This document shows, one piece after another, positions 19,140-28,718 of a stretch of 64,000 nt of DNA; position 1 is the stretch's first letter, and every line of letters starts with the position of its first letter. The stretch is from Ostreococcus lucimarinus. Taxonomy: Eukaryota. The stretch lies in assembly GCA_000092065.1 (NCBI GenBank), contig CP000586.1. One strand, given 5' to 3'. The notes below the pieces were generated by a model that searched no databases, was not told the DNA's origin, and worked only from the letters and a program-made list of their open reading frames with translations. Made by a program: the position numbers and the translations under genes.

Positions 19140-19763
19140 CTACATCCCGAGTCTCGCCGCCGCTTTATTCTCCTCAGGAACCTCGTGATCTTGCGGCTGT
19201 GCGCTCGACTCGTACACCGCGGTGACGACCATATCTCTATCGTGCCCCGTCCCTTCACCTCGCAAACCGATGTACCAAATCTCCGTCTCGCCGTCGTCGT
19301 TGAAATTCGCCGGAAAATAAAGCGTCACGCTCGCCGTCGCCTGCCAACTCGCCGCCTCCGTCGTGTACTCCAGCACCCCGTCCTCATCGACGGTCAAATC
19401 CCATTTCTGCGTCGGCGTCTTCCTGCTCGCGTTCATCGCGTCGATGTCCCGTCGATTCGCGAACGCCCGCATCTCTCGCGGCGCTCGCCCGTCCGCGCCG
19501 CCGAGCACCATCACCCCTCGCAGCTTCACGTCCGTCGTGAACGGAATCCTGATCACCAGCTCCCCGTCGTCTTCGCTCACGAGCGCGCGCCCCGTGCGAT
19601 CGTGTCGTCGCTCCCACGCGCGAATCACGCCCGGCGCCGCGTCGTCTTCGCGCGCGTTGAACGCCGTGACCGCCGGGACGTCGACGAACGCGTGCAGCGA
19701 CGCGTTCCCGCACGTCGACGCGTCGCAATCGTGATCGTGCGCGCAGCACGCGTCGGGCGACAT
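19140..19763 (-). CDS. PITH domain protein (PITHD1-like)
   Basis: N-terminal Cys/His cluster (CCAHDHDC) and PITH-domain similarity (IPFTTDVKLRGVMVLGG..EMRAFAN..IWYIGLRGE). ATG at 19763..19761. Confidence 0.75.
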   Translation of the reverse strand: MSPDACCAHDHDCDASTCGNASLHAFVDVPAVTAFNAREDDAAPGVIRAWERRHDRTGRALVSEDDGELVIRIPFTTDVKLRGVMVLGGADGRAPREMRAFANRRDIDAMNASRKTPTQKWDLTVDEDGVLEYTTEAASWQATASVTLYFPANFNDDGETEIWYIGLRGEGTGHDRDMVVTAVYESSAQPQDHEVPEENKAAARLGM

Positions 19764-20199
19764 GTCTCTCGCGCGCCGTCGCGCGCTCGTCGTCGCCGTC
19801 GCGCACTGCGGTCGCTCGGGACATCGCTCGCGACGCCGCGCGCGTCAAAACTCGCCTCGCATGGCGTCGCGCGACGGCCGCGCGCCCGGCGCGCTCCGCG
19901 CCGTGTTCGGCGGTTTCGCCGGCTCCGTCGCCTTCGTCGTCGGCGGGTTCGCGACGATCGCGGCGACGACCACGGCGGCGTCGCGCGCGCTCGTTCGGCG
20001 ACGGCGAAGGGCGCGAAACGCGCGCTGCGCGGCGTGCGCGGGAGGGAAGTTTGTGAGGTGTCGCACGTGTCGAGGGAAGCGCGCGATCGAGTGGCAACCG
20101 CTGGAGGCGCCGACGGTGGATCGGCTGTGCCTGTGCCCGACGTGTCAGGGGACGGGGATGGCGAAGTGCTTGAACTGTCTGGGCGACGGGTTGATTTAG
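19762..20199 (+). CDS. small DnaJ-type zinc-finger protein (BSD2-like CxxCxGxG repeats) with transit-peptide-like N-terminus
   Basis: CAACAGGKFVRCRTCRGK and CPTCQGTGMAKCLNCLGDG motifs. The start is either ATG 19762, whose first two bases overlap the PITH start codon on the other strand, or ATG 19861. Confidence 0.5.
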   Translation: MSLARRRALVVAVAHCGRSGHRSRRRARQNSPRMASRDGRAPGALRAVFGGFAGSVAFVVGGFATIAATTTAASRALVRRRRRARNARCAACAGGKFVRCRTCRGKRAIEWQPLEAPTVDRLCLCPTCQGTGMAKCLNCLGDGLI

Positions 20200-20228
20200 A
20201 TCGATGTAGAGGCGCGCGGGCGCGCGCG

Positions 20229-20251
20229 TGTAATAGTGTAATAGTGTGTAA
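20229..20251 (+). promoter_or_regulatory. three tandem TGTAA motifs (green-algal-type polyadenylation signal) between convergent genes
   Basis: tgtaatagtgtaatagtgtgtaa lies 30 nt after the stop of the 19762..20199 gene. Similar TGTAA motifs lie shortly downstream of the stops at 6080 (6110), 12638 (12753), 19039 (19075), 53840 (53848, 53881) and 62480 (62525). Confidence 0.4.
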
Positions 20252-20258
20252 CATTACG

Positions 20259-22052
20259 TCATTGCTTGACCGCGGCTAAGGTAACGGCGTGCTTGGTGCG
20301 GTCGTACATGCGCCTGAGCTCGACCTCGGCTTCGTCGGTCCACGCGCCCCAGCGCCCGATGCTCTGGTGGCGCTTCCACTTTTGTTCTTGGGCGAGACGA
20401 AGGGTGTGCGCGTCGCCCACGCCCGAGGTGAAGAGCAGGAGAGTGTTCGAGGGTAACTCGTCCCAGATCTCGCCCACGATGGTGTCGAGACGTTCGAGCG
20501 CTTCTCGGCGAGTCTTGTCGGCGACGACGCGCTCGTCGTCGCTCGGCTGCGTTTCGCGAGCGTGCGCCCGCTGCGCCTCGGCGGAGAGTACTTTGCTGTA
20601 CTCATGCAGGTGACCAAAGACGGCCACCTTGTTGAGTGGCATCGGCGTCTTCACGTGCGCTATGATTGCGTCTTTCACTTCGTTGTCGTCGTTCGCCTCG
20701 ACAACGCGAGCGCTTCCCGCGGGTAGTCGTCGACACAACGCGGGAGAGTCCACCATCACGCACTCCACTTTGTGTGTCGATAACACGTCGAACACGCCAC
20801 CACCATCGGTCGCGACTTCACCAAACGATGGACCGTTTATGAACTTCAACAAAGCTAGTTCCATCGTCGCTCGCGCATCCGCGACAGAATCGTGCGAACC
20901 TTCTTGAATTTTCCTCCCGAGGTAGCGTTCGGTGAGAAACCGCAACGCGTTGCGATAAGGCGCGCCCTTTTTGTGTGGATACAGAGCGCACGTATCGATG
21001 ACGTTCGCGTGTATAATTTTCAATCGCTGCAGATCGTTTTCCAGTGAGTGACCGATCAAAATCGTTTCGCAAGGAATCATCTCCAGAAGTTCGCGCTGGA
21101 CGTCTTGCAGCGTCGTCTGCACGCCTTCCATCTGCTCCGCCGTGATACCGCTGTGCTCGGTGTTGTAATTCGTGATCTCCGTCGGTGGTTTAACCAATTT
21201 ATCGTACACTATCTCTCCGTCTTCTTTGACGACCGAAATCCGCGTGAGCTGCAAACCTTCCGCGGTGTAGCAAAACTCGCAATCGAGCGCCAAAAAGGCG
21301 TAATAACCAGATCCTCTCGCGATTCCGCCGCCTGCAGGCTGCGTCGCCACAAATCCATCATCTAATTCTAAACTACCATCCTCTTTGAGCGTCGGGAGCG
21401 GGTAAACCATGTCGCTCATGTCCCCCGGACTCAAAACGAAGCGCGACGGCGCGTGCGCGAAGACGCGCTTGCACAAATCCTTCGCCTTCGTGCTCGCCTT
21501 GAACTTTTTACTTTTGTTGCCATTCCCATCCTGACCGTTCTTCCCGTGCACCGAATACATCAACGCCTTACAAAGCGTCATCCCAACCGCCGTCGGGCTC
21601 TCGCAAATCGTCCTCAACCCCTCCCCGAGCTCGCGCTTCATCCGCGGGCACGTCGTTGCGCCTTCGTCGCACCATCTCGCGTGATCCAACCCCGGCGCCA
21701 GAATCATCACCACTCGATCGATCAGCGGTTTATTCCTCACAAACGCCCATCGCGGATTCACGCACTCCTTCGCGCTTTCCGGCAGCAGCGTCCACAGCGC
21801 CAGCTCGTGCGCGTGCGCCAGCTTAAAGTTGTTCGCGCACTCCCGCTTCACGCGCGCCTCCGCTCGACCGTCGACGCCGTAAATCTCCGCCCGCTCGCGC
21901 ACCGACAGCTCGTACGCCTCGCGTCGGTCGACCGCGTCCTCGCGCATCGCCGCTTCTTCGCTCGACGACGTCGTCGCGTCGTCGTCGTCGTCGTCGTCGT
22001 CGTCATCAATTCGCGCGCGCTTTTTCGACTCCATCTCGTCCTCGACCGTCAT
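20259..22052 (-). CDS. RNA exonuclease (REXO1/Rex-type DEDDh 3'-5' exonuclease)
   Basis: DEDDh exonuclease domain ([46 protein letters not shown]). The start is taken at ATG 22052 ([11 protein letters not shown]). The upstream part of the long ORF lacks an ATG and overlaps the DDX6 5' region. Confidence 0.75.
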   Translation of the reverse strand: MTVEDEMESKKRARIDDDDDDDDDDATTSSSEEAAMREDAVDRREAYELSVRERAEIYGVDGRAEARVKRECANNFKLAHAHELALWTLLPESAKECVNPRWAFVRNKPLIDRVVMILAPGLDHARWCDEGATTCPRMKRELGEGLRTICESPTAVGMTLCKALMYSVHGKNGQDGNGNKSKKFKASTKAKDLCKRVFAHAPSRFVLSPGDMSDMVYPLPTLKEDGSLELDDGFVATQPAGGGIARGSGYYAFLALDCEFCYTAEGLQLTRISVVKEDGEIVYDKLVKPPTEITNYNTEHSGITAEQMEGVQTTLQDVQRELLEMIPCETILIGHSLENDLQRLKIIHANVIDTCALYPHKKGAPYRNALRFLTERYLGRKIQEGSHDSVADARATMELALLKFINGPSFGEVATDGGGVFDVLSTHKVECVMVDSPALCRRLPAGSARVVEANDDNEVKDAIIAHVKTPMPLNKVAVFGHLHEYSKVLSAEAQRAHARETQPSDDERVVADKTRREALERLDTIVGEIWDELPSNTLLLFTSGVGDAHTLRLAQEQKWKRHQSIGRWGAWTDEAEVELRRMYDRTKHAVTLAAVKQ

Positions 22053-22482
22053 CGATTCGCGCGCGCGCGCGCCCGCGACGCCCGCGCGCGACGCTCGTCC
22101 CTCCGCGCGCGTCCCACCGCGCGCGCGACGTCGCGACGTGCGGCGTCGCCGCCGCGCGCCGCGCGCGTCCCGAACATCACACTCGCGCGCGGTGCCAGTG
22201 GCTGAAACGCGCCTGCGACGCCGACGCGCGTCACAATTCAACGCGCGACGACGCTCGCGATGCAGGGCTACGGGTACGGGTGCGTCAGCGCGCGATGCGG
22301 CGATATATTGGACGCGCGATCGCGCGGTGCGCGAGGGCGATGACGCGTCGCGCGCGACGCGACGCGCGGCGATCGAGGACGATCGAGGCGATCTCGGGAT
22401 TTGGCAGAATTTTGGGGTTCTCGAACGCGCGGGAACGCGGGAAACGCGGGACGCGCGTCGAACGGATCGAACGCGCGGTCGG

Positions 22483-23811
22483 ATGGCGGTGAGAGACGGT
22501 GATGACGCGTCGTGGGACGTCGCGAGATCGAGCGCGAAGACTGACGAGACGATGGGATGGAACGAACGAACGCGCAGGGCGCCCCCGCCGCAGCCGCAAC
22601 AAAACGGAAACTGGAAGGACACGCTCGCGTTGCCGCCTCGAGATGAGCGGTATCGCACGGAGGATGTCACGGCGACGAAAGGAAATGAGTTTGAGGATTA
22701 TTTTCTCAAGAGAGAGCTCCTGATGGGGATCTTTGAAAAGGGTTTTGAGAGACCTTCGCCGATTCAGGAGGAGTCGATTCCCATCGCGCTCACGGGACGA
22801 GACATTTTGGCTCGGGCAAAGAATGGGACGGGGAAGACGGCGGCGTTTACTATTCCCATCCTCGAGAAGGTTGATACCAGTAAGAATATCATTCAAGCGG
22901 TCATCTTGGTGCCGACGCGCGAGTTGGCGCTGCAAACGAGTCAAGTCGCAAAGGAACTCGGAAAGCATTTGGGGGTCGCCGTCATGGTTACCACAGGAGG
23001 TACTTCTTTGAAGGATGATATCATGCGTTTGCACCAGCCGGTGCACATCGTCGTCGCGACCCCTGGTCGTCTCGTCGATTTGGCGAGTAAGAGCGTGGCT
23101 AAATTGGGCCAAGCTACGATGCTCGCCATGGATGAGGCCGATAAGCTCCTTTCACCCGAATTCCAACCCGTCATCGCCCAAGTGATCAACTTCATGGCGA
23201 AGAACCGACAAATATTGTTGTACTCCGCCACTTTCCCGGTCACGGTGAAGGACTTCAAGGACAAGTATTTGCGTAAGCCTTACGTTATCAATCTCATGGA
23301 AGAGCTCACGCTGAAGGGTATCACCCAATACTACGCCTTCGTCGAAGAAAAGCAAAAGGTGCACTGCTTGAACACCCTCTTCAGCAAACTTCAAATCAAC
23401 CAATCCATCATTTTCTGTAACAGCGTCACTCGCGTAGAGTTGCTCGCTAGGAAAATCACCGAACTTGGATATTCTTGCTTCTACATTCACGCCAAGATGA
23501 TTCAGGCGCACCGCAACCGCGTCTTCCACGACTTCCGCAACGGCGCTTGCCGCAACTTGGTGTCGTCGGATCTCTTCACTCGCGGTATCGATATTCAATC
23601 CGTCAACGTCGTCATCAACTTCGACTTCCCGAAGAATTCTGAGACGTACTTGCACAGAGTCGGTCGATCCGGCCGTTTCGGTCACCTGGGCATCGCCGTG
23701 AATCTTATTACTTACGACGATCGCATGAATTTGTTCCGCATCGAACAAGAACTCGGAACGGAGATTCAACAAATCCCTTCCCAGATCGATCCATCAAAAT
23801 ACTGCCGATAA
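22483..23811 (+). CDS. DDX6: DEAD-box ATP-dependent RNA helicase DDX6/Dhh1
   Basis: Near-identical blocks to human DDX6 ([93 protein letters not shown]). Confidence 0.9.
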   Translation: MAVRDGDDASWDVARSSAKTDETMGWNERTRRAPPPQPQQNGNWKDTLALPPRDERYRTEDVTATKGNEFEDYFLKRELLMGIFEKGFERPSPIQEESIPIALTGRDILARAKNGTGKTAAFTIPILEKVDTSKNIIQAVILVPTRELALQTSQVAKELGKHLGVAVMVTTGGTSLKDDIMRLHQPVHIVVATPGRLVDLASKSVAKLGQATMLAMDEADKLLSPEFQPVIAQVINFMAKNRQILLYSATFPVTVKDFKDKYLRKPYVINLMEELTLKGITQYYAFVEEKQKVHCLNTLFSKLQINQSIIFCNSVTRVELLARKITELGYSCFYIHAKMIQAHRNRVFHDFRNGACRNLVSSDLFTRGIDIQSVNVVINFDFPKNSETYLHRVGRSGRFGHLGIAVNLITYDDRMNLFRIEQELGTEIQQIPSQIDPSKYCR

Positions 23812-23940
23812 TTTCATAACACGACGAATCATTCGTGCAAATGATTAGGCAGATAACAACTGCTTCGATAGGTTAGCTTAATAATGGTGAGTGGCGAATG
23901 ATGAACGCTCGCGCGAGGGCGCGGCGTCTTATCGTACGTG

Positions 23941-23998
23941 GGTTTCCTTCTGGGACGACACAGTTTTTTATGGTGCGTTCCATCTCACGAAGGAAACC
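23941..23998. other. 10-bp perfect inverted repeat (ggtttccttc ... gaaggaaacc) hairpin in AT-richer convergent intergenic region
   Basis: Stem arms flank a 38-nt loop. It lies 130 nt downstream of the DDX6 stop. Its role is unknown (3'UTR structure or small RNA). Confidence 0.3.
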
Positions 23999-24460
23999 GA
24001 CGTTGTAGCATAAACGCAAAGTGGCGATGGAGAACCAGACGGGTTTGTTCTCGGAAATACACAAAATACCTCGCGTCGCGTCTCGCGCGTGGGGGCACAA
24101 AACGAAAAAGACGGCGCTGTCTCGCTCTGAGACTGCGCCGGCACGAATGGATTGAACCATCTCTGTGTCTCATCGAGACGTCGCGGAGTCAATCCAAACA
24201 AGCGAAGATATTTTCTCGCTCCATGATACGCCAAGGATAATTACTTGGCGACGTTCGTCGACGAGCGCCTCGCGTTCGTCGCGCACTCAAGATGCGCCGC
24301 CCCCGTGGCGTCGTACCCACTTTCACGCCTCTTCGTCTGTACGGACATCTTTCTGAGGTTACATGGCAGCCTTTGGCTTAGCCTTTACATACATACACAG
24401 CTAGTGCGCACTCGAATAGACGCGAATAACATCGCGGAATGATTTGTAAGCGACGTTATA

Positions 24461-24498
24461 TACTACAATGACTCTACCATACTACAATGACTCTACTT
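24461..24498. repeat. tandem duplication (approx. 19-nt unit tactacaatgactctac) spanning the stop codon of the Myb-like gene
   Basis: tactacaatgactctac-cat-actacaatgactctac. The TAG stop of the minus-strand ORF lies inside the second copy. Confidence 0.7.
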
Positions 24499-25296
24499 GT
24501 TCCGCCCGGCGAAAATCGCTTCGCCCGACGGAGTCAGACGCCACGAATCATCTCGCAGCAAACCTCTCGGAATGATGATATGTCGGTACGCGGCCGAACA
24601 TTGATAACCGACGCGCCCGGGAATGTAAGACGCGAACAATCCCCACTTGTCGCCGCAGCCGTACTGTTTCGCCACCTCGACGAACCGCTCGATTTCGCCT
24701 TCATCCCAGTCTCCGTTGCGCTGCTCTTCTCCGCCAGTGTGCCGGTAAAAGTACGCGTTGGGATTCTTATACAGCATTCGCCTCGCGTGATCTCGAGCTT
24801 GTTCGCCCTTTCCGGGCCTGCGGTCTCCCGAGCCACCACCGTTTAGCTCCCAAGCCTTGTTCGCATTCTCCGCGATGCCGAGTCGGATTCGTTCTGTTTC
24901 CTCCACCCAACCGTGGAACCCTCCGACCATTTTCGGGCCAGGTTCGAGTCCATGCATCGCGCAGTACTCGTCGCACGTCAAGTGGCACTCCAAAGCCTCG
25001 TCGATTTCTCCCTTGGGCTTATCATCTTCGCCAATTTCCACCCATCGCCCCTTCGAAGACTCGCCTCGCATTCTTGCGCTTCGTCGCGTCGGCTCCGCCG
25101 GCGTCTCCTCCTTCTTCTCTCGTCTCTTTCGCTTCGAGTCCTTCGCCTCGCCCGCGGATTTCTCTAGCGCATCTTTCGATTCGCGCACTTTCAGCGACGC
25201 CAACAATTCGTTGTTTCGTCGCACGCGCGCCTGTTTCGTTCGTCGACGCGCTTCGTCAGTCTGTCCGCGCGACGACTTTGAATTCAAATCATTCAA
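24493..25296 (-). CDS. SANT/Myb-like domain protein with K/R/E-rich N-terminal region; start codon unresolved
   Basis: Myb-like domain (RRMLYKNPNAYFYRH..WDEGEIERFVEVAKQYGCGDKWGLFASYIPGRVGYQCSAAYRHII). The ORF-track 'M' is a TTG preceded seven codons upstream by an in-frame TGA. The first ATG is at 25071. Confidence 0.4.
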   Translation of the reverse strand: MNDLNSKSSRGQTDEARRRTKQARVRRNNELLASLKVRESKDALEKSAGEAKDSKRKRREKKEETPAEPTRRSARMRGESSKGRWVEIGEDDKPKGEIDEALECHLTCDEYCAMHGLEPGPKMVGGFHGWVEETERIRLGIAENANKAWELNGGGSGDRRPGKGEQARDHARRMLYKNPNAYFYRHTGGEEQRNGDWDEGEIERFVEVAKQYGCGDKWGLFASYIPGRVGYQCSAAYRHIIIPRGLLRDDSWRLTPSGEAIFAGRNK

Positions 25297-25654
25297 TCGC
25301 GACGTCCACGCACCTCACGCTCGCGTTCGTAATCCGTCAACTGCGACGATCGAACCGGCGATTTCACTAAGTTTTCCCGAGACGTCGCGCGCGCGTCGAC
25401 GCGCGCCAGTTCCACCGTTTCCACCGACGTCGCGTTCGAATTCGGTTTCGAGCTGTCGCCCTCGAGTCGTCGCGTCGCCGTCGGTTTCGACGCCGATTCC
25501 GGGGGCACCGCGCCGTTGATCTCGAAGAACGCCTTTCGCCGCCCCGGCGACGCGGTCGCGTTCGCGCGCGAAGGCATCTCGCGCGCGCGAGACGCGTCGA
25601 GGTGTGCGGTTGTCTGCTGCGTTCCTACGGTTGTTACAATGCGCCTCGGCGATG

Positions 25655-26614
25655 CTATTCATTACTAATTTCCGCCTCCGCGGCGTCGCCGACGGCGCTG
25701 TCGTTGAGCGCGCAACACGTGACGGCTTTGTGATGACCGCTGTACACGCGAATGGCTTCGCCCGTGGAGCAATCCCACAGGCGCGCGGTGGTGTCCGAAC
25801 TCGCGGTGACGAGATAGGCTGCGTCGACGCTAAAGACACAATCCCACACCCAGCGCTGATGACCCTCGAGCACGCGCTCGAGCTTGAACCCATCTAAATT
25901 CCATAGTTTGACCGTCTTATCGCTCGACGTCGTGGCGAGTAAGCGACAATCCGGGGAAATTAAACACTTTAACACGTACCCGTTGTGCGAGTTGAGCTTG
26001 TGCAACGGCTCAAAATGCGCCGTCGTCTTCGACCCGGGCTGTAATTTCCACACGTAACACGTCCCTTTACTATTTCCCGCCACCACCATGGACCCATCGC
26101 CCGCGACCGTGAGCGATTGCACCGCCGTTCCTACCTCTGGCACGAGTTCGCACGAGCACGCGTTCGCCGTCAAATCCCACACTCGAATGTTCCCATTCTG
26201 ATCCGCGCTCATCAGCTCCGTCCCGTTCGGATGCAACACCACGCTCGTCACCGCGCCTCGACTCTCGTACTCTCGCTGATACCCTCCCGCGCGCAAATCC
26301 CAAATCTTCACCGTCCCGTCCTCGCTCCCCGTGTACATCCAGCTCCCGTGCGGCTCGAATCCCACCGCCGTCACGTTCCCCGTGTGTCCATCGTACGACG
26401 TCACCGCCTGCGGGTTCGACGCGTTCACCTCGAACAACCGCACGTGCGGATTCCCCGCCGCCGCGAGGTATCGCTTGTCCGGCGTGATCTCCAGCTTGTT
26501 CACCTGCGAGTCCGCGTACTGCAGCGTTCGATAGCACACCCCGCGCGTCGCCTCCCAGAACCGCACGGTGTGGTCGTATCCCGCCGTCGCGAGCACGACG
26601 CTCGGCGTCGGCAT
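25655..26614 (-). CDS. LST8: TOR complex subunit LST8 (WD40)
   Basis: Strong identity to mLST8 from the N-terminus ([56 protein letters not shown]..). ATG at 26614. Confidence 0.9.
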   Translation of the reverse strand: MPTPSVVLATAGYDHTVRFWEATRGVCYRTLQYADSQVNKLEITPDKRYLAAAGNPHVRLFEVNASNPQAVTSYDGHTGNVTAVGFEPHGSWMYTGSEDGTVKIWDLRAGGYQREYESRGAVTSVVLHPNGTELMSADQNGNIRVWDLTANACSCELVPEVGTAVQSLTVAGDGSMVVAGNSKGTCYVWKLQPGSKTTAHFEPLHKLNSHNGYVLKCLISPDCRLLATTSSDKTVKLWNLDGFKLERVLEGHQRWVWDCVFSVDAAYLVTASSDTTARLWDCSTGEAIRVYSGHHKAVTCCALNDSAVGDAAEAEISNE

Positions 26615-26964
26615 CGCGTCGAGCGCTCGGCGTCGCGCTCGGCGTCGTCCGTCGCGTCGCGCTCGCGACGCGACGCGCGACGTCGACGCGACGCGCGGCG
26701 TCGCGGATTCGCGGCGACGCGCGACGCGACGCGCGTCGTAAAAAAACGCCGGTCGCAAAAAAACGCGCGTTTAAGCGTGTAGATTACCTTTCAACGCAGA
26801 GACGATCGCATTCGCGATGGCGCACTGTTTATGCACACGGCGCGCGAATGACTCGAGCCGGCGGCGCGCCGGCGACGGATGACGGCGGATGGCGACGGCG
26901 CGCGCTTTATCCGACGCGCGACGGGACGGCGACGACGCGAACGACGCGCGCGAACGACGACGCG

Positions 26965-28587
26965 ATGGCGGACGAAGACATGGAGGCGCTCGAGCGCATG
27001 ATGGCGGCCATGGAGGCGAAGGAACGCGAGGCGGTGGACGACCACGTGACGAGTCGGTTTCCGAAGATGCGCATCGCGTGGGAGGCGAACGCGATCGAGG
27101 GCGGCGCGGACGCCGTCGTCGTCGCGGGATGCGCGCCGATCGACGTCGGCGGTGGACGCATGAAAGAGTTCGCCGGACACGCGTTTCACGAGCTGGCGCG
27201 GATGAAGAGTGGGTTGAGCGCGGTGTGCGAAGTCAAGCTGGCGAAGAAGGCGTCGATGGCGGCGCTGGACGAGGAGGCGATGGATGACTTTGTGGATTTT
27301 GATTCTCCGGAGTTTAAGATGAAAAAGACGAAGCGACGAGGGAATAAGGAGTTTGGTGATCACTACGGCGCGTTGGGGTTGGCGACGAAGCGATACTTGG
27401 CGACGAAGGAGGAAATTCTTGAAAAGCATCGCTGGTTGACGATCGCGTTGCATCCGGATAAGCGCGGGGTGGCGCAAGTCGACGCCGTCGAAGCCGAGCG
27501 CATTGAACAGCGCTATAAGGCTGTCGTGACGGCGATGGAAGTCTTGACGGATAAGGCGAGAAGACGGGAGTTTGATTCCGTCGATGCGCCGGATTACAAG
27601 TTCCCATCCTCGTGCGAAGAGGGTGAGTTTTTCGAGACCTTTATGCCGCACTTTCACTTGTTGTCTCGCTTTAGCGAAACCAAGCCGGTGCCGATCTGTG
27701 ACGACCCGGATGCGCCGTATGAAGACGTGCGTAAACATTACATTTTCTGGGCGGCGAAGTTCAATTCGTGGAGAGAATTCCCGCACGAAAAAGAAAACGA
27801 CACGGAGACGGCGCACGACCGCGACCATCGTCGTCAAATGGAAAAGGAAAACAGATCCCTTCGCGCCGAATCGAAGAAGAAGGAACAAGCTCAGATTCGT
27901 GCTTTCGTCGAGGCCGCGCAAAAGTACGATCCTCGATGCATCAAGCAACGCGCCATTGAAAAGGCTGCGCGCGATGCGAAGAAGATGAGCCGCAACAATA
28001 GCGCCCGCCAGCTCGCCGAAGAGGACGAGAAGGCCAAGGCTGAGGCTGAGGCCGCCGCGAAGGCTGCAGCCGAAGCCAGCAAGGCCGACAAGGCGAACGC
28101 GAAGAAGGAGCTCGAAAAACTGAAAAAGGCGCTCCGTAAAGAAAAACAGCGACTTCGAGCGATCGGCGCTGTCGCGGAAGGCTGGGTAGATTACCCTGGC
28201 GACGGCGAGCTCGAGAGCCTGTGCGACGCATTGACTATCGATCACGCCAAGGAATTGAAGACGCTGTTGGACGCCGCGATGAACGGCGACGACGTCAAGG
28301 GTCCATGGGACGCCACCGCGTGCGTCCTCGCGTGCTTGGTCTTGGCCAAGGGTGGCGACTGGCAAGCAAAGGCGGATGAAGCCGCCAGCCGCCGCGCTGA
28401 GAGAGAGGCTTCCGACAAGGTTGGCGGAGCGTGGGGCGCCGACGAAATCACCGAGCTCGAAACGGCTACGAAGCAACTGTTCCCGTTGGGTACCATCAAC
28501 CGTTGGGACTCCATCGCGGCTCACATGGCGAGCGCGGGCAAGCCCCGCACCGCGATGTGCTGCATGACGAAGTCTCGCTCGATGTAA
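26965..28587 (+). CDS. DNAJC2: DnaJ homolog subfamily C member 2 (zuotin/MPP11; Volvox GlsA-like): J domain + zuotin homology + C-terminal SANT
   Basis: J domain (DHYGALGL..HPDK). Lys/Glu-rich zuotin region. C-terminal SANT-like GAWGADEITELETATKQLFP..RWDSIAAHM. Confidence 0.85.
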   Translation: MADEDMEALERMMAAMEAKEREAVDDHVTSRFPKMRIAWEANAIEGGADAVVVAGCAPIDVGGGRMKEFAGHAFHELARMKSGLSAVCEVKLAKKASMAALDEEAMDDFVDFDSPEFKMKKTKRRGNKEFGDHYGALGLATKRYLATKEEILEKHRWLTIALHPDKRGVAQVDAVEAERIEQRYKAVVTAMEVLTDKARRREFDSVDAPDYKFPSSCEEGEFFETFMPHFHLLSRFSETKPVPICDDPDAPYEDVRKHYIFWAAKFNSWREFPHEKENDTETAHDRDHRRQMEKENRSLRAESKKKEQAQIRAFVEAAQKYDPRCIKQRAIEKAARDAKKMSRNNSARQLAEEDEKAKAEAEAAAKAAAEASKADKANAKKELEKLKKALRKEKQRLRAIGAVAEGWVDYPGDGELESLCDALTIDHAKELKTLLDAAMNGDDVKGPWDATACVLACLVLAKGGDWQAKADEAASRRAEREASDKVGGAWGADEITELETATKQLFPLGTINRWDSIAAHMASAGKPRTAMCCMTKSRSM

Positions 28588-28718
28588 GCAGGCCGCGCTC
28601 GCTCGCGCACACAATTCTTTCCCAGACATTTCTGGCACCTAAACACACACAACGCAAATAACACTAGCTACTTACTTACATGCAATCCACTGTTGATATT
28701 TCGCTATCGTATTACACT

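Noticed and set aside
24340-24420. Weak resemblance to U2 snRNA 5' region (GGCAGCCTTTGGCTTAGCC vs GGCCUUUUGGCUAAG)
   Set aside because: Only about 15 nt similar. The downstream U2 elements (branch-point recognition and Sm site) are absent.
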